A DNA stretch of 64,000 nucleotides. Source: a virus (Duplodnaviria > Caudoviricetes). The DNA lies in the IMG/VR virus record IMGVR_UViG_3300011113_000415; one strand, given 5' to 3'. Positions within the stretch are counted from its first letter, which is position 1. Each line of letters begins with the position of its first letter. The notes beneath the pieces were generated by a model, which was not told the origin of the DNA, ran no database searches, and saw only the letters and a program-made list of their open reading frames with translations. A program made the translations under genes and the position numbers. This document shows positions 36,752-45,954 of this stretch, one piece after another.

Positions 36752-37425
36752 GTGACGATATCTACAGCATCCTCCACCGCCTGGACTTGATTGAGGGAAA
36801 AATTACTCCCGCCACAGTCAAAAAAGGCCTGAACGCACAACAGAAGTCAGTGCCACAGATGCCGGCACTGTTCAAAATGCCCAAGCAAGGTGCTGTGCTG
36901 GGTGGCGATCCCAACAAGAAAGCAAGTTCGGCTGGTTACATGTTTGGTGATGATGTAGAAGTGGGCCAAATGCCCTTGGCAGAGACCATGGCCGAGATTG
37001 AAGAAGACATGATCAGCAAGGTCAAGAAAGACCTCACACACTATCTAGATCAACTGGCAGACAAAGTCAAAATAGATCAAGACCTCAAAGACAAAGCAGT
37101 CCGAGACATCGAAGATGACGATCCCACAGATCCTGACCGCCAAGAAGAAGATGCGGAAGTAGATGAGATGCATGGCACACAAGGCCAAATCTCCACCATA
37201 CCAGAACCTGCAACATCACCTGTAAAAACTATTCCGTTAGAAGATGGCACAGTGCTGGAAATACACGGTGACCAACGGCGTGGGTTTACCATTCACGCAG
37301 GCGGCCGTAGCATGCCTTCACGGTTTCGAGAACTAGATGAAGCCGAAATGGCAGTGAATCTATACCGTGCTAGACGTCCGGCTGCTCGGCCAGACTCTAA
37401 TCCGGACTACGTGGAAGAAGCATAA
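36748..37425 (+). CDS. Acidic hypothetical protein
   Basis: 225 aa; LDLIE leader-like start; ends DYVEEA. Confidence 0.65.
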   Translation: MSDDIYSILHRLDLIEGKITPATVKKGLNAQQKSVPQMPALFKMPKQGAVLGGDPNKKASSAGYMFGDDVEVGQMPLAETMAEIEEDMISKVKKDLTHYLDQLADKVKIDQDLKDKAVRDIEDDDPTDPDRQEEDAEVDEMHGTQGQISTIPEPATSPVKTIPLEDGTVLEIHGDQRRGFTIHAGGRSMPSRFRELDEAEMAVNLYRARRPAARPDSNPDYVEEA

Positions 37426-38402
37426 TGATACTGAACGAATTTTTTAATTTACCCCAAGTGTTTGAAAAGGACATGACCGAAGTTCAAAGTCAGCATACTG
37501 ACATGACTGTGGCACAACAAGTATTCAAAGACAATCCCAACATTGACCACGAAGATGACATATTGAATGCGGCATTTCCCTATGTGGTCGAACTAGTCGG
37601 CAGTCGCAAACGTGCCAACTACATGTTCAACTACGATGAAGACTTCCCCAGTGATTTGATCGGTGCCTATAGATATCTACAAAGAGACCAACATGATGTG
37701 GGCTTGGAGGAAGGCGAACCTGGCGACCTAGAACACGAATTAGAAAAGCAAGATTATCAGCGCAGACAACAGCGTGATAGTGATGCAGAAAAAGAATTAA
37801 ACAAACAGCAAGGTGTGGCGGAAGGCACGGATGAACTAGCAAAACAATATGGTTGGGCATACAATCAAGGCGAGTACGGAGCATCAATGACGCATCCAAA
37901 ACACGGTCGCATTTCGCTTAGTTCTCCAATTACCAGTAGAAGCGGAGATACCGCAGTTGAACGTGAGTGGACACATAATAATGCCAGTGGTGTTGGTGAT
38001 AGATCATTAGCACAGCATTTGCAAAGTTTGAAAGAGCAAGATGTGGCAGAAGGCATCTTTGGCTCTAAGCCAAATCCGGTGCTTCCCTTAGTTGACAAAA
38101 TTGCCAAGTTGGCCGGAGGACTCACTCCACAAAACGTTGAAGTTGGTAAACAAATTATTCAGGCCAATGTTAGAAATATCCAACGCATGTTGAGCCCACA
38201 AATCAAACCCGGTGTTGAGATTATCGAAGCCAAAGGCGACTATGTGCCACCTAAAGAAGCCGACTATGGTCCAGAATATCAGGCCATGGTAAAACGTGTG
38301 GGTCAAAAGGCCCGAGCACAAGAAAAAGCCAAACAACAACCGCCAAAAGCACCTGTGCGTGAAAGCCGTCTAGCATTGTTGAAACACATCATCCAATCAT
38401 AA
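37425..38402 (+). CDS. Cassette polyprotein
   Basis: MILNEFF leader; QGVAEG and QDVAEG linkers; IIE/AKGDY and VRE/SRL boundaries. Confidence 0.7.
   Translation: MILNEFFNLPQVFEKDMTEVQSQHTDMTVAQQVFKDNPNIDHEDDILNAAFPYVVELVGSRKRANYMFNYDEDFPSDLIGAYRYLQRDQHDVGLEEGEPGDLEHELEKQDYQRRQQRDSDAEKELNKQQGVAEGTDELAKQYGWAYNQGEYGASMTHPKHGRISLSSPITSRSGDTAVEREWTHNNASGVGDRSLAQHLQSLKEQDVAEGIFGSKPNPVLPLVDKIAKLAGGLTPQNVEVGKQIIQANVRNIQRMLSPQIKPGVEIIEAKGDYVPPKEADYGPEYQAMVKRVGQKARAQEKAKQQPPKAPVRESRLALLKHIIQS
37809..37826 (+). repeat. GVAE linker repeat
   Basis: caaggtgtggcggaaggc = QGVAEG (consensus copy). Confidence 0.85.
38037..38054 (+). repeat. DVAE linker repeat
   Basis: caagatgtggcagaaggc = QDVAEG. Confidence 0.8.
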
Positions 38403-38405
38403 GAA

Positions 38406-38480
38406 CACACCTACCTTAGGACCGTGTGGCCCGGCTGCTGGGCGTGGAAAGCAATTCGCTACTGTGATCCGCAAGTGAGC
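38406..38480 (+). ncRNA. Candidate structured RNA (three adjacent stem-loops), identity and strand unknown
   Basis: cacac/gtgtg (38406-10/38424-28), gcccg/tgggc (38429-33/38439-43), gtggaa/ttcgctac (38444-62); GC-rich island in an intergenic gap. Confidence 0.4.
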
Positions 38481-38500
38481 ATTTTTCTTTTCCAAACCCA

Positions 38501-38529
38501 TTGCTTTCGTCAACACATCAGTATATAAT
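38501..38529 (+). promoter_or_regulatory. Sigma70-type promoter for the replication module
   Basis: TTGCTT-17 nt-TATAAT. Confidence 0.6.
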
Positions 38530-38548
38530 ACATGATCAAGGAGAACAC

Positions 38549-38815
38549 ATGAGCGATTACACCAGAACATTCAATGGGGAGGCCAAGGCCAAACTCACAC
38601 AATTATTCAACGAAGGCACCCAAGTACTTCACGAGATCGAAACACTCAGTGAAGGCCTCAATGACACCATCAAGGCCATTGCTGAAGAATTGGAAATCAA
38701 ACCTGCCACGCTGAAGAAAGCAATCAAGATTGCTCACAAGGCCAAACTGGGCGAGACCAATCGAGATCATGACGAGTTAAACACTATCTTGGAAACTGTA
38801 GGCAAGACACTTTGA
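38549..38815 (+). CDS. DsbA(T4)/GapR-like dsDNA-binding protein
   Basis: 88 aa helical; IKAIAEELEIKPATLKKAIKI resembles the T4 DsbA/GapR core; AGGAG SD. Confidence 0.5.
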   Translation: MSDYTRTFNGEAKAKLTQLFNEGTQVLHEIETLSEGLNDTIKAIAEELEIKPATLKKAIKIAHKAKLGETNRDHDELNTILETVGKTL

Positions 38816-39120
38816 GTCAAACCTTTCGAGAATGGCGCAGTTCGGTTGCGGACTATGTTCGAGCCGACTACCGCGAATATCCCTTGCGCTTCTGCTTGGA
38901 GATGTTGGGGTGGGTCATAAGCATTGGTTGTAGTTTAACCTATGCCATTACAGTGCCCAACTTGCCATTCATACCCTTGTATGCGGCATTTATCACAGGA
39001 TGCTTAATCATGGCCTGGTGCGCTTACACACGGGGCAGTTTTGGTATCCTGGGCAACTATTTGATACTAAGTATTATTGACAGCACAGGGCTGATAAAAT
39101 TGCTGATACAAGGCAATTGA
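38812..39120 (+). CDS. Small membrane protein
   Basis: About three hydrophobic segments. Confidence 0.6.
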   Translation: MSQTFREWRSSVADYVRADYREYPLRFCLEMLGWVISIGCSLTYAITVPNLPFIPLYAAFITGCLIMAWCAYTRGSFGILGNYLILSIIDSTGLIKLLIQGN

Positions 39121-39175
39121 GAGTCGTTCACTTTAAGAACATGAATCATGGCCAACCAGCCACAAATGGAGACAG

Positions 39176-41836
39176 ATGAGTTATATTGACGCTTTATTTG
39201 ATCGTGAGCACGATCGTATTCACATTGTAGAACGCCGCAATGGCGAACGAGTATATAGAGAGTATCCTGCTAACTATATTTTTTACTATGATGATCCTAG
39301 AGGCAAGTTCCAAAGTATCTATGGCACACCCGTATCAAGATTTTCTACACGCAACAACAAAGAGTTCCGCAAGGAAGTCCGCGTTCACAGCCACAAGCCG
39401 CTTTATGAAAGCGATATCAACCCAATCTTTAGGTGCCTTGAAGAAAACTACAAAGACCAAGATGCGCCTGAACTTCACACAGCGTTTTTTGACATTGAGG
39501 TGGCGTTTGATCAAGATCGCGGCTTCTCACCGGTATCAGACCCTTTTAATCCCATTACTGCGATTTCAGTCTATCTCGACTGGTTAGATCAACTGGTAAC
39601 ACTTGCTGTGCCGCCCAAGAGCATGACCTGGGCCACAGCACAGGATCTTGTGGCTGACTTTGAGAACACCATCTTGTTTGAGCAAGAGTCAGAAATGATC
39701 AAGACCTTCTTGGACTTGATTGAAGACGCAGACATTTTGACAGGTTGGAACTCAGAAGGCTATGATATTCCCTACACCATCAACAGAGCCACACGAGTGT
39801 TATCAAAAGATGACACACGACGTTTTTGTTTGTGGAACCAACTGCCCAAGAAGCGCATGTTCGAACGCTTTGGCGCCGAAAACGAAACCTATGACTTGAT
39901 TGGTCGTGTGCATATGGACTATATGCAACTGTATCGCAAATACACTTATGAAGAACGTCACAGTTATAGTTTAGATGCTATCTCAGAATATGAACTGGGT
40001 GAACGCAAGACACAGTTCGAAGGCACACTAGACAGTTTATACAACCAACACTTCCGGACGTTTATTGAATACAATCGTCAAGATACTATGCTTATTGCCA
40101 AGATGGACAAGAAGTTGCGCTTCTTGGAATTGGCCAATGAATTGGCTCACGCCAATACCGTGCTACTGCAAACCACAATGGGAGCGGTGGCTGTAACTGA
40201 ACAGGCAATTATCAATGAAGCACATGAACGTGGAATGGTTGTGCCCAACCGCAAACAAAGACTCACAGACGAAGACACACAGGCGGCAGGTGCCTATGTT
40301 GCTTATCCCAAAAAAGGTGTCCACGAATGGATTGGATCAGTTGACATCAACAGTCTCTATCCCTCGGCTATTCGTGCGCTCAACATGGGGCCAGAAACCA
40401 TTGTAGGACAACTGCGTCCTGTGATGACTGATCGACTGATCAAAGACAACATGGCCAAGGGTCAGAGTTTTGCGGCTGCATGGGAAGGCGTGTTTGCCAG
40501 TTTAGAATATACCTCAGTGTTGAATCAAGAGCGTGGCACAGAGATCACCATAGACTGGCAGTCGGGTGAGGAGACTGTGCATTCAGGTGCTGAAATATGG
40601 CACATGATGTTTGATTCAAATCAACCCTGGATACTCAGTGCCAACGGAACTATCTTTACCTATGAAAAGAAAGGTATCATTCCTGGCTTGCTGGAACGTT
40701 GGTATAGTGAACGCAAAGAACTACAGGCCAAGAAGAAGGATGCAAAAGATGCCAAAGAAATTGCTTTCTGGGACAAACGCCAGTTGGTTAAAAAGATTAA
40801 CCTCAACAGTCTCTACGGGGCTATTCTTAACCCGGGCTGTAGGTTCTTTGACAAACGTATTGGACAGTCAACAACACTTACTGGTCGTTCAATTGCCCGG
40901 CACATGGACGCTCATCTTAATGAGTGTATCACAGGCGAATACGACCATGTGGGCCAAGCAGTTATATATGGTGACACAGACTCGTGTTATTTCAGTGCGT
41001 GGCCGGTCCTCAAGAAAGAAGTCGAAGAAGGCAGGATGGCGTGGTCGAAAGAAGCGTGTATTCAACTGTATGACAGCCTTGCTGAACAAGTCAACGAAAG
41101 TTTCCCAGCCTTCATGGAACAGGCATTCCATTGTCCCCGAGACATGGGTTCACTGATCAAGTGCGGTCGTGAAACTGTTGCGGATCGTGGATTGTTCATT
41201 ACCAAGAAGCGTTATGCTGTGAATGCCATCGACATTGAAGGCAAACGACTGGACGTGAATGGCTCAATCGGCAAGACCAAGGCCACAGGGCTTGACCTTA
41301 AACGCTCAGATACGCCCAAAGTTATTCAAGAGTTCCTGTTAGAAATTCTAAATAAACTACTATCTGGTGCAGGTCGAGATGAGATTGTGGAACGTATTCG
41401 TGCGTTCAAGTATGAGTTTATGGAGCGTCCAGGTTGGGAGAAAGGATCACCCAAGCGTGTGAACAATTTGACCAAGTATGGTGCTGAAGAAGCCAGACTG
41501 GGCAAAGCCAACATGCCAGGACATGTGCGAGCCGCACTGAACTGGAATCAGATGAAAAAAATGAATGGGGACAACTACTCAATGCAGATTGTGGATGGTA
41601 TGAAAACTATTGTGTGCAAACTCAAAAGCAATGCACTTGGGTGGACCAGCATTGGCTATCCCACAGATGAGCAACGTCTGCCCACTTGGTTCACTGAACT
41701 ACCATTTGATGATGGCCTTATGGAAGCAACCGTAGTAGATCAAAAGGTTGACAACTTGTTGGGCGTGTTGGATTGGGATCTTGCAAGTGCAACCAACACA
41801 GAAAACACATTTACTAATTTGTTTGAATTCGAATGA
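39176..41836 (+). CDS. Family B DNA polymerase
   Basis: Exo I FFDIEV, Exo II GWNSEGYD, DINSLYPS, KKINLNSLYG, YGDTDS, KKRY. Confidence 0.97.
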   Translation: MSYIDALFDREHDRIHIVERRNGERVYREYPANYIFYYDDPRGKFQSIYGTPVSRFSTRNNKEFRKEVRVHSHKPLYESDINPIFRCLEENYKDQDAPELHTAFFDIEVAFDQDRGFSPVSDPFNPITAISVYLDWLDQLVTLAVPPKSMTWATAQDLVADFENTILFEQESEMIKTFLDLIEDADILTGWNSEGYDIPYTINRATRVLSKDDTRRFCLWNQLPKKRMFERFGAENETYDLIGRVHMDYMQLYRKYTYEERHSYSLDAISEYELGERKTQFEGTLDSLYNQHFRTFIEYNRQDTMLIAKMDKKLRFLELANELAHANTVLLQTTMGAVAVTEQAIINEAHERGMVVPNRKQRLTDEDTQAAGAYVAYPKKGVHEWIGSVDINSLYPSAIRALNMGPETIVGQLRPVMTDRLIKDNMAKGQSFAAAWEGVFASLEYTSVLNQERGTEITIDWQSGEETVHSGAEIWHMMFDSNQPWILSANGTIFTYEKKGIIPGLLERWYSERKELQAKKKDAKDAKEIAFWDKRQLVKKINLNSLYGAILNPGCRFFDKRIGQSTTLTGRSIARHMDAHLNECITGEYDHVGQAVIYGDTDSCYFSAWPVLKKEVEEGRMAWSKEACIQLYDSLAEQVNESFPAFMEQAFHCPRDMGSLIKCGRETVADRGLFITKKRYAVNAIDIEGKRLDVNGSIGKTKATGLDLKRSDTPKVIQEFLLEILNKLLSGAGRDEIVERIRAFKYEFMERPGWEKGSPKRVNNLTKYGAEEARLGKANMPGHVRAALNWNQMKKMNGDNYSMQIVDGMKTIVCKLKSNALGWTSIGYPTDEQRLPTWFTELPFDDGLMEATVVDQKVDNLLGVLDWDLASATNTENTFTNLFEFE

Positions 41837-43002
41837 AACTCAGTAGCATAGTCAAGTATAAAAATTTACTAGATACTCTCAGCAGTAGGCCTGCGGCTGC
41901 GGAGTTTCTAAAAGAAATTCAAAGCATGACAAACATAGTTGAGGCCAGCACTGTGTGTATTCCGGGTGCAGTAGAACAATTGATTCGGGCACATGATCAA
42001 ATATCACACGCCATAGACCAATTTCAAAATCAGTTTGAGCAGTTGAAACGGTCAGTGCAAGTTCTAATAGAACAACAAGAACCTGAATATTTTCAAAACA
42101 GCCTGGCTCTATACAACACTGGTTATCGCAATGATACACCCGAACACATTAGAAATCGACGTATTGGTATAGATCCTGTTACCACCGTAATAATTCAACA
42201 GCGACTCAAACTTTACACCAGTTGGCAGCATCCTGGCATGGTCATAAGACCTGCCCATGCTCGCTATGTAGAAGATCTTGTGGCTTGTGATCCTATGTAT
42301 TTTGTAGACACTAGCAATCAACTGTTGGAACTAACTGAATCATGGTTCACTCCTGAATATCAACGTCGACTACGTCGCTATGTGATTGAAGAGTATGGTG
42401 ATCAACCTGCATTTATCAATTTGCCCGGTGGACAATTTGGATTAATTTATGCTTTTCATTTTTTTGAGTACAGACCTTGGCCAGTGCTACAACAGTATCT
42501 TAGGGAATGTTTTGATCTACTAAGGCCAGGTGGGGTATTGGCGTTTACCTACAACAATTGTGATCTTGCTCGACGAGTGGGCATGGTTGAACATTACTCC
42601 GGCTGCTATACACCCGGACGATTGATTCGGGCCCACGCACAAGAATTAGGATATGAAACTGTATTTGATCTGGACGATGATTCCAACACCAGTTGGTTGG
42701 AACTGCGCCGTCCAGGGGAATATTCCAGCATAAGAGGAGCACAGGTTTTGGCAGCCATACATCAAAGACCGGCCGAATCAAGTGTTGCCAATGCTGTTGA
42801 CAAACTGCCAGACTCTATGTACAATGAAGTGAACGTATTGTTGAATATTGCTCAACGGTTGGGCGTTGATCTAAAACAATGTATTGCCAAAGGCAAATAT
42901 TCAACCAAAAAACTCAGACGCAGTATTGAACAAAGTATACATCCTCAACCCTTAACTGAGCAGATGATAACGGAACTATTTAACCAAAGGAAAAACACAT
43001 GA
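41833..43002 (+). CDS. Coiled-coil plus methyltransferase-like protein
   Basis: FGLIYAFHFFEY...LLRPGGVLAF typical of class I MTase motifs. Confidence 0.55.
   Translation: MKLSSIVKYKNLLDTLSSRPAAAEFLKEIQSMTNIVEASTVCIPGAVEQLIRAHDQISHAIDQFQNQFEQLKRSVQVLIEQQEPEYFQNSLALYNTGYRNDTPEHIRNRRIGIDPVTTVIIQQRLKLYTSWQHPGMVIRPAHARYVEDLVACDPMYFVDTSNQLLELTESWFTPEYQRRLRRYVIEEYGDQPAFINLPGGQFGLIYAFHFFEYRPWPVLQQYLRECFDLLRPGGVLAFTYNNCDLARRVGMVEHYSGCYTPGRLIRAHAQELGYETVFDLDDDSNTSWLELRRPGEYSSIRGAQVLAAIHQRPAESSVANAVDKLPDSMYNEVNVLLNIAQRLGVDLKQCIAKGKYSTKKLRRSIEQSIHPQPLTEQMITELFNQRKNT
42797..42825 (+). promoter_or_regulatory. Sigma70-type promoter inside the upstream CDS
   Basis: TTGACA-17 nt-TACAAT with TG extension, about 170 nt before ATG 42999. 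Confidence 0.5.
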
Positions 43003-43721
43003 GAGACCATCTATTAGACCTAGTGCAACACACACACGATCTTGGCTGTATTGACTTGATCAAAATTGTAGGCGATGATGCCGCAACTGCAATCAACGGC
43101 TTAGCAGAAGACAAAAGTGTGGTAGTAGAAGCCAGATTCCACAATCCTGTGGCAGACTTCGCAGGCACTTTTGGCATGCCAAACTTGGCCAAACTCAAGA
43201 TCTTGTTGAACCTGCAAGAATATCGAGAAAATGCCAAAATAACATTGACTAAAAAATCTACTGGTGCTCCTGATGGCCTGAACTTTGAAAATGCCGACGG
43301 CGATTTCAAGAACAACTATAGATTTATGGCAGCCGAGATTGTGAATGAAAAACTCAAGACACTCAAGTTCAAAACACCCACATGGCATATTGAACTAGAA
43401 CCCACGGTGGCTGCCATTCAGCGCCTACGCATGCAGGCACAGGCCAATGCTGAAGAAATCAATTTCACCGCCAAGACTGAAAACGGAGACTTAAAGTTTT
43501 TCTTTGGAGATCATTCTACCCATGCTGGTAACTTTGTGTTCCAGGCCGGTGTAGCAGGTCAACTCAAACGTGCTTGGGCATGGCCAGTAGCACAGGTATT
43601 GAGCATCATGGGACTGGTCGGAGACAAGACCATGCGTATTTCGGATGACGGTGCCATGCAAATCACAGTAGATTCCGGCCTGGCTGTGTACAATTATATC
43701 CTTCCAGCACAAAGCAAGTGA
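42999..43721 (+). CDS. Probable DNA polymerase sliding clamp (gp45/PCNA-like)
   Basis: 240 aa, alternating helix/strand two-domain pattern ending YNYILP; located near PolB. Confidence 0.5.
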   Translation: MRDHLLDLVQHTHDLGCIDLIKIVGDDAATAINGLAEDKSVVVEARFHNPVADFAGTFGMPNLAKLKILLNLQEYRENAKITLTKKSTGAPDGLNFENADGDFKNNYRFMAAEIVNEKLKTLKFKTPTWHIELEPTVAAIQRLRMQAQANAEEINFTAKTENGDLKFFFGDHSTHAGNFVFQAGVAGQLKRAWAWPVAQVLSIMGLVGDKTMRISDDGAMQITVDSGLAVYNYILPAQSK

Positions 43722-44380
43722 TTGAACAACTGGCATCAAGAGGATACGGATATGGTTCAGGCTGCCTGAGTCCTGACCATACTCAATTCTTGGTGAATAT
43801 ACCAAAGAATGCCAGCAGTTACATGCTGGATTGGGCCAATCGCCACGGCTGGACCAGTGCTATGATTGTTCAGAGCAATGATATCAAAGAGATGATTGTT
43901 TGTATCAGAGATCCTGTTCAACGTTGGGTATCTGGTGTGGGACAGTATCTGACCAGTTATGTGCTGAACGTGACAGGTGCTTACAGTTGGGAAACAGGAC
44001 CAGGTGCTGACGATCAACAGATATCTGCTGATGATTTTATAACAGATTACAATCAAGTAGTAGAGCGATTGTTATTCGATAATCTTTCAAGACTGGATGA
44101 TCATGTTTGGCCTCAGATAGAATTTTTTGAAAATCTCTTGCCTGCAGTTCCAAGAAAGTTTTTCTACATAGATCATGACTTCGATCAGAGTATTGGCGAA
44201 TATCTTGGTTTCTCGCCAGCACACAATCTAGATCGTAATCGCGCAGAATCCAATCCCGACACACACAAAATTCAAACATTTATTCGTCATCGTCTAAATA
44301 CCAGACCCGAACTAGAGCAAAGAGTACGCAAGGCCTATGCTCATGACTATGAACTAATCAAACAAGTATTCAACCAATGA
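43718..44380 (+). CDS. Sulfotransferase family protein
   Basis: 5'-PSB-like IPKNASS; 3'-PB-like IRDPVQRWVSG; terminal YAHDYEL. Confidence 0.7.
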   Translation: MIEQLASRGYGYGSGCLSPDHTQFLVNIPKNASSYMLDWANRHGWTSAMIVQSNDIKEMIVCIRDPVQRWVSGVGQYLTSYVLNVTGAYSWETGPGADDQQISADDFITDYNQVVERLLFDNLSRLDDHVWPQIEFFENLLPAVPRKFFYIDHDFDQSIGEYLGFSPAHNLDRNRAESNPDTHKIQTFIRHRLNTRPELEQRVRKAYAHDYELIKQVFNQ

Positions 44381-45954
44381 CCGAACAAGACAACCTAACT
44401 GCCAAACAACTAGACTATGCTGTGTTCTTACCAGCCATTTCTGGTTTCTATGCTACCTTTGTGGGCAAGCAACGTGACCCGGTCAATGGTCCTTATGTGG
44501 ATCCTGCACGTATGCCTGCTGGTATACAAGACATGGAGATGATGAACTGGTTAAACAGTCAGCAGGGTCTGTTTCCTTACCGATGGAGCCTGTATTCAGG
44601 TGGACATGCCAACCTAGACTTGATCAAACAAGACTGGTCGGAGGACATGGTTCGTAATCGCGAGCCTGGCACTGTGATGTTGGGCGACTCGGGCGGATTC
44701 CAGATTGCCAAAGGCCTGTGGGAAGGTGACTGGAAAGCCAATTCAGGTTGTGCCAAGGCACAAAAGAAACGTGAAGCAGTACTCACTTGGTTGGATTCAA
44801 TCAGCACATACGGCATGGGTCTTGATATTCCAACCTGGGTGATTCATGACAAGAAAGCATCAGATGCTTGTCAAATCAAAACACTAGACCAAGCAGTTGC
44901 AGCCACCAAATACAACAACGAATACTTTATCAAGCATCGTCGAGGCAAAGACAACGGTGGTGCCCGGTTCTTAAATGTGCTACAAGGTGACAATCATCCC
45001 AATGCAGATGCATGGTATGAACTAATGAAAGAATACTGTGACCCTGTGAAGTATCCCGGACGTCATTTCGATGGCTGGGGCATGGGTGGACAGAACATGT
45101 GCGATGTGCATTTGGTGCTTCGACGCTTGGTAGCACTACGTCATGACGGCTTGCTACAAGAAGGTCTACACGATTGGATGCACTTCTTGGGCACATCAAA
45201 GTTGGAATGGGCGGTGCTACTTACCGTGATCCAAAGGGCAGTTAGGAAATACGTTAATCCGAGTTTTACTATTTCCTTTGATTGTGCCAGCCCATTCCTC
45301 GCCACCGCCAACGGACAGGTGTATCATCACATTGACTTGCCACACAACGACAAATGGTGCTATCGTATGAGTCCCATTGTGGACGACAAGAAGTATGCCG
45401 CAGACACCCGCCCATATGGTCAGGCCGTGGTAGCAGATGGACTAATCAATCACTTTGATGAGTCACCAATCAGTCGGCACCTACAGATGAAAGATATCTG
45501 TATTTACAAACCAGGTGATCTAAACAAAATCGGCAAAGAAGGCAAGACTTCATGGGACAGTTTCAGTTATGCGCTACTGATGGGCCATAATGTTTGGACA
45601 CACTTGGAAGCGGTACAACGTGCCAACCGCACATATGATTCGGGCTCATGGCCGGCCATGATGTGGAATCAAGGCACCAAAGGTCGCACTGGAGATCATG
45701 CACACTTCCGGGACATTGTGGATGCCATCTTTGCCACACCCAATCGAGCAGAATCGGAAGCCATCATTGAACACTACAGTCGATATTGGATGGACATTGT
45801 AGGCACTCGTGGGTTCAAAGGCGACAAAACCATCAGTGCCAGACCACAGTTCAGTATGTTTTTCGAAGAAGTTGAGGTTGCAGAAACCACCGATGATAGT
45901 GTAGAATTAGACACATCAGCATTGGATCAACTGGAACAGGATCAAGAAAAATGA
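44377..45954 (+). CDS. dpdA: DpdA-like transglycosylase (TGT fold), 7-deazaguanine insertion into DNA
   Basis: LGDSGGFQ, GLDIP, VLQG, HFLG, ISFDCASP (TGT-fold motifs); adjacent to folE/queD/queE. Confidence 0.75.
   Translation: MTEQDNLTAKQLDYAVFLPAISGFYATFVGKQRDPVNGPYVDPARMPAGIQDMEMMNWLNSQQGLFPYRWSLYSGGHANLDLIKQDWSEDMVRNREPGTVMLGDSGGFQIAKGLWEGDWKANSGCAKAQKKREAVLTWLDSISTYGMGLDIPTWVIHDKKASDACQIKTLDQAVAATKYNNEYFIKHRRGKDNGGARFLNVLQGDNHPNADAWYELMKEYCDPVKYPGRHFDGWGMGGQNMCDVHLVLRRLVALRHDGLLQEGLHDWMHFLGTSKLEWAVLLTVIQRAVRKYVNPSFTISFDCASPFLATANGQVYHHIDLPHNDKWCYRMSPIVDDKKYAADTRPYGQAVVADGLINHFDESPISRHLQMKDICIYKPGDLNKIGKEGKTSWDSFSYALLMGHNVWTHLEAVQRANRTYDSGSWPAMMWNQGTKGRTGDHAHFRDIVDAIFATPNRAESEAIIEHYSRYWMDIVGTRGFKGDKTISARPQFSMFFEEVEVAETTDDSVELDTSALDQLEQDQEK

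Noticed and set aside
4954-38054. GVAE repeats as a CRISPR array or DGR template/variable repeats
   Set aside because: Copies are short, in frame, irregularly spaced by hundreds to thousands of bases inside CDSs; no cas or reverse transcriptase gene in the window
38406-38480. Twister ribozyme on the minus strand (GGUCCUAAG)
   Set aside because: The reverse complement lacks the closing GCC of the P4 stem and the UAAUGCAGC-type cleavage segment; kept only as an unassigned structured element
39176-41836. Intein or intron in the DNA polymerase
   Set aside because: All PolB motifs are present in one 886-aa ORF at normal spacing; no intein-type splice motifs noticed
44377-45954. Canonical tRNA-guanine transglycosylase (Tgt)
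   Set aside because: Longer and divergent, no Tgt C-terminal CxCxxC zinc motif seen, and clustered with PolB and deazaguanine synthesis genes; DNA-directed DpdA is more plausible but unproven
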